64,000 nt of DNA. It comes from Chrysomallon squamiferum (lineage: Eukaryota; Animalia; Mollusca). How positions within the stretch are numbered: position 1 is the first letter of the stretch; every line of letters starts with the position of its first letter. The notes beneath the pieces were generated by a model, which worked only from the letters and a program-made list of their open reading frames with translations, made no database searches and was not told the DNA's origin. Positions 61,884 to 64,000 of this stretch are shown piece by piece. The translations under genes and the position numbers were made by a program. Where the stretch lies: the NCBI GenBank assembly GCA_012295275.1, contig CM022665.1:12834001-12898000 (forward strand). The letters run 5' to 3'.

Positions 61884-63599
61884 TATTCACATTTTCAAGT
61901 GTTATTACTTTATAATACTAGATTAAAATTTACATTATATCTTATCACTGGCTATTACTGTATACATCAGAAATACCTTTATTCTTTATGGTTATTAGAA
62001 TTAGATATTTTATACATCACAGCGTGGATGTTAATTTTTCATTATCTTATAAACTGATCTTTACAGTTTACTGTTTTATTAGTTATGATTTCTTAATTAA
62101 ATCAGATCAAATATATATTTATATAGCAATGCTGGTCTAAATCCAAGCAGTAGAATAGCAGTTTGGTCATTTCATCAAAAAACAATAATAAATGCAAAGA
62201 ATACACCTTAAAATTAACTGAGGAACATGTTACACACACACACACATATGATCTGAAGGAAAGTGAAATATATCAGTATTATTTAATTTTAATTTTTATT
62301 CATGGAGAGTGGTGCTAATGTTTTTTTTTTCAAATTTTTTTTTTTTCCATTTTAAAAGCTACACTATTTAGTTTATTAATATAAAATAATTACACTTACT
62401 TTTCTATCAAAGAAAAATTCTTTTCATTTGTTTAGAAGCCTGAAATTGAGTGTCAAATGTCTTTTCTGGCACGGTGCTCTAGGAAATCTGGAAGTAAAAA
62501 AGAATAATTAAAAATAAATGATATTGTTCTCAACAGGGTGGTCTCAAAATGATATTTTAAGTTTTTGTTGTCAGAAAAAGTGTTATCAGCCTGCCATATC
62601 ACAAGTCCAGTGGTGAAATGACAAAACAATTGTATTTGAACATTTTCTATCTGCATTATTTTATTATCATACTTTGATATGAAAGATAATAGGTTACCCA
62701 ACATGTAAAATAACTTGGAAACAAAAAGCATTCTGTTTTAGACTATTCATACTGACACAAGTACACTTTAAAATACATGTATTAAATATTAATGGTTATT
62801 AATCAATAATGATGATAATGATGATAATAATAATAATAATAATGGAAAGCAGACACTTCAGCCTTTGATAAACCAGACAGAAACTGAAATATATAATAGT
62901 GTAAAGCAACACTACATTAACGAGAAATGACCCAGCAAACATATTCAGCACTGTTAACATGAAAACAGCTTCCACTGTATGTTTGTGGCAGATATTTTCA
63001 ATGAATTTAATACTATTTTATTTGTTCTTTTTTTTAAAATGTTAGGTATCAAGTAAATATATAATCTGTAATGACAGAAAAATCATTGAACTGAAACATT
63101 TAAAAAAACAAAACAAAAACAACAACAACAACAACACACACACCTTAAAAGGATTTTGAATTACTGTGGATTGCTGCATCAACAATTAGTCACATTTAGC
63201 AATCACTACATTTTACCTTTGTCATTAAACATCTATTTTATGTCCACTTTTAGCAGCTGTATTTAAAAATTGATATGGATATACACATAAATACCAGTGA
63301 TGGAAATTAATGGTAATGTTGATTCCGTATAATATATATCTATCTACCTATATATGTTAAACAGAAAAGAATAATTTAATTAAAAATTAAAAGCATCCCA
63401 ATGCTAATATCTGTTTTTGACATGGTTTTCAGAGGGAGAATTAAAAGCAAAATTTAGATTTATTATTTAAACCTTATATAAAGAAAGTTAAAAGGACATC
63501 TGTTCTATATTCTACAGATTGCTTATAAAATATTAAAGCTTCTATTACATATATTTTTCAACTGACAAATATGGCTTGATAAATAAAATCAATATATCT

Positions 63600-63740
63600 A
63601 AATGTAAATAAAATCTACAAAGGCCTTACCAACTGTAAATACAAACAGCAAAGGCCTATCCCAAAGTATATAGCATCTGCACAGACCTATACTGAAGTAA
63701 ATAAAATCAGTACAGGCCTATTCAGTTGTAGATAAAACTG
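63600..63740. repeat. Degenerate ~31-33-bp tandem repeat (4-5 units)
   Basis: Recurring tgtaaataaaatc.gca.aggcctat. Confidence 0.65.
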
Positions 63741-64000
63741 ATGAAAGTAGTAAAATAATAATTAAAAAAATATAATAATAAAAATTAAATGCTAACAATC
63801 TGTGAAGCTTTACTAATACACAACTTGTAACCATCACAACAATCAAAGGTTTTCTTTTTTAACTGACAAAGAACAATAACAGCACAGCAGACACAACTGG
63901 GCAGTATAATAATCAATATATGTGATGTGGATCTAATATGTTTTCCAGCTACCTGAGCATCTCTTTTTATTCTTGTACAAAATAATCAATCCAATGATAT

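Overview
AT-rich, microsatellite-laden eukaryotic DNA, probably a mollusc or other lophotrochozoan (inferred from gene and repeat style only). I reconstructed four spliced genes by hand, all on the minus strand. (1, 2) Two tandem, intact 8-coding-exon thymidine phosphorylase paralogs at 2555-7938 (443 aa) and 9310-14938 (445 aa). (3) A 382-aa centrin/calmodulin-like four-EF-hand protein with a ~228-aa charged N-terminal extension at 17781-20662. (4) A 13-coding-exon tubby-family gene at 29854-57398 (516 aa) with an ~18.7 kb first coding intron. Mobile DNA: a decayed RNase H-containing LINE with a nested hAT MITE, two more hAT-like MITEs, a Tigger-like deletion derivative and SINE-like relics. 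The most notable features are the mosaic divergence between the TYMP paralogs (probable gene conversion), frame-critical unusual splice sites in TYMP copy 1 (a GC donor and a duplicated acceptor), a GLE variant of the TYMP glycine-rich loop, and X-box-like motifs around the tubby and centrin-like genes. I see no evidence of a wholly new genetic system; most ORF-track entries are microsatellite artefacts.
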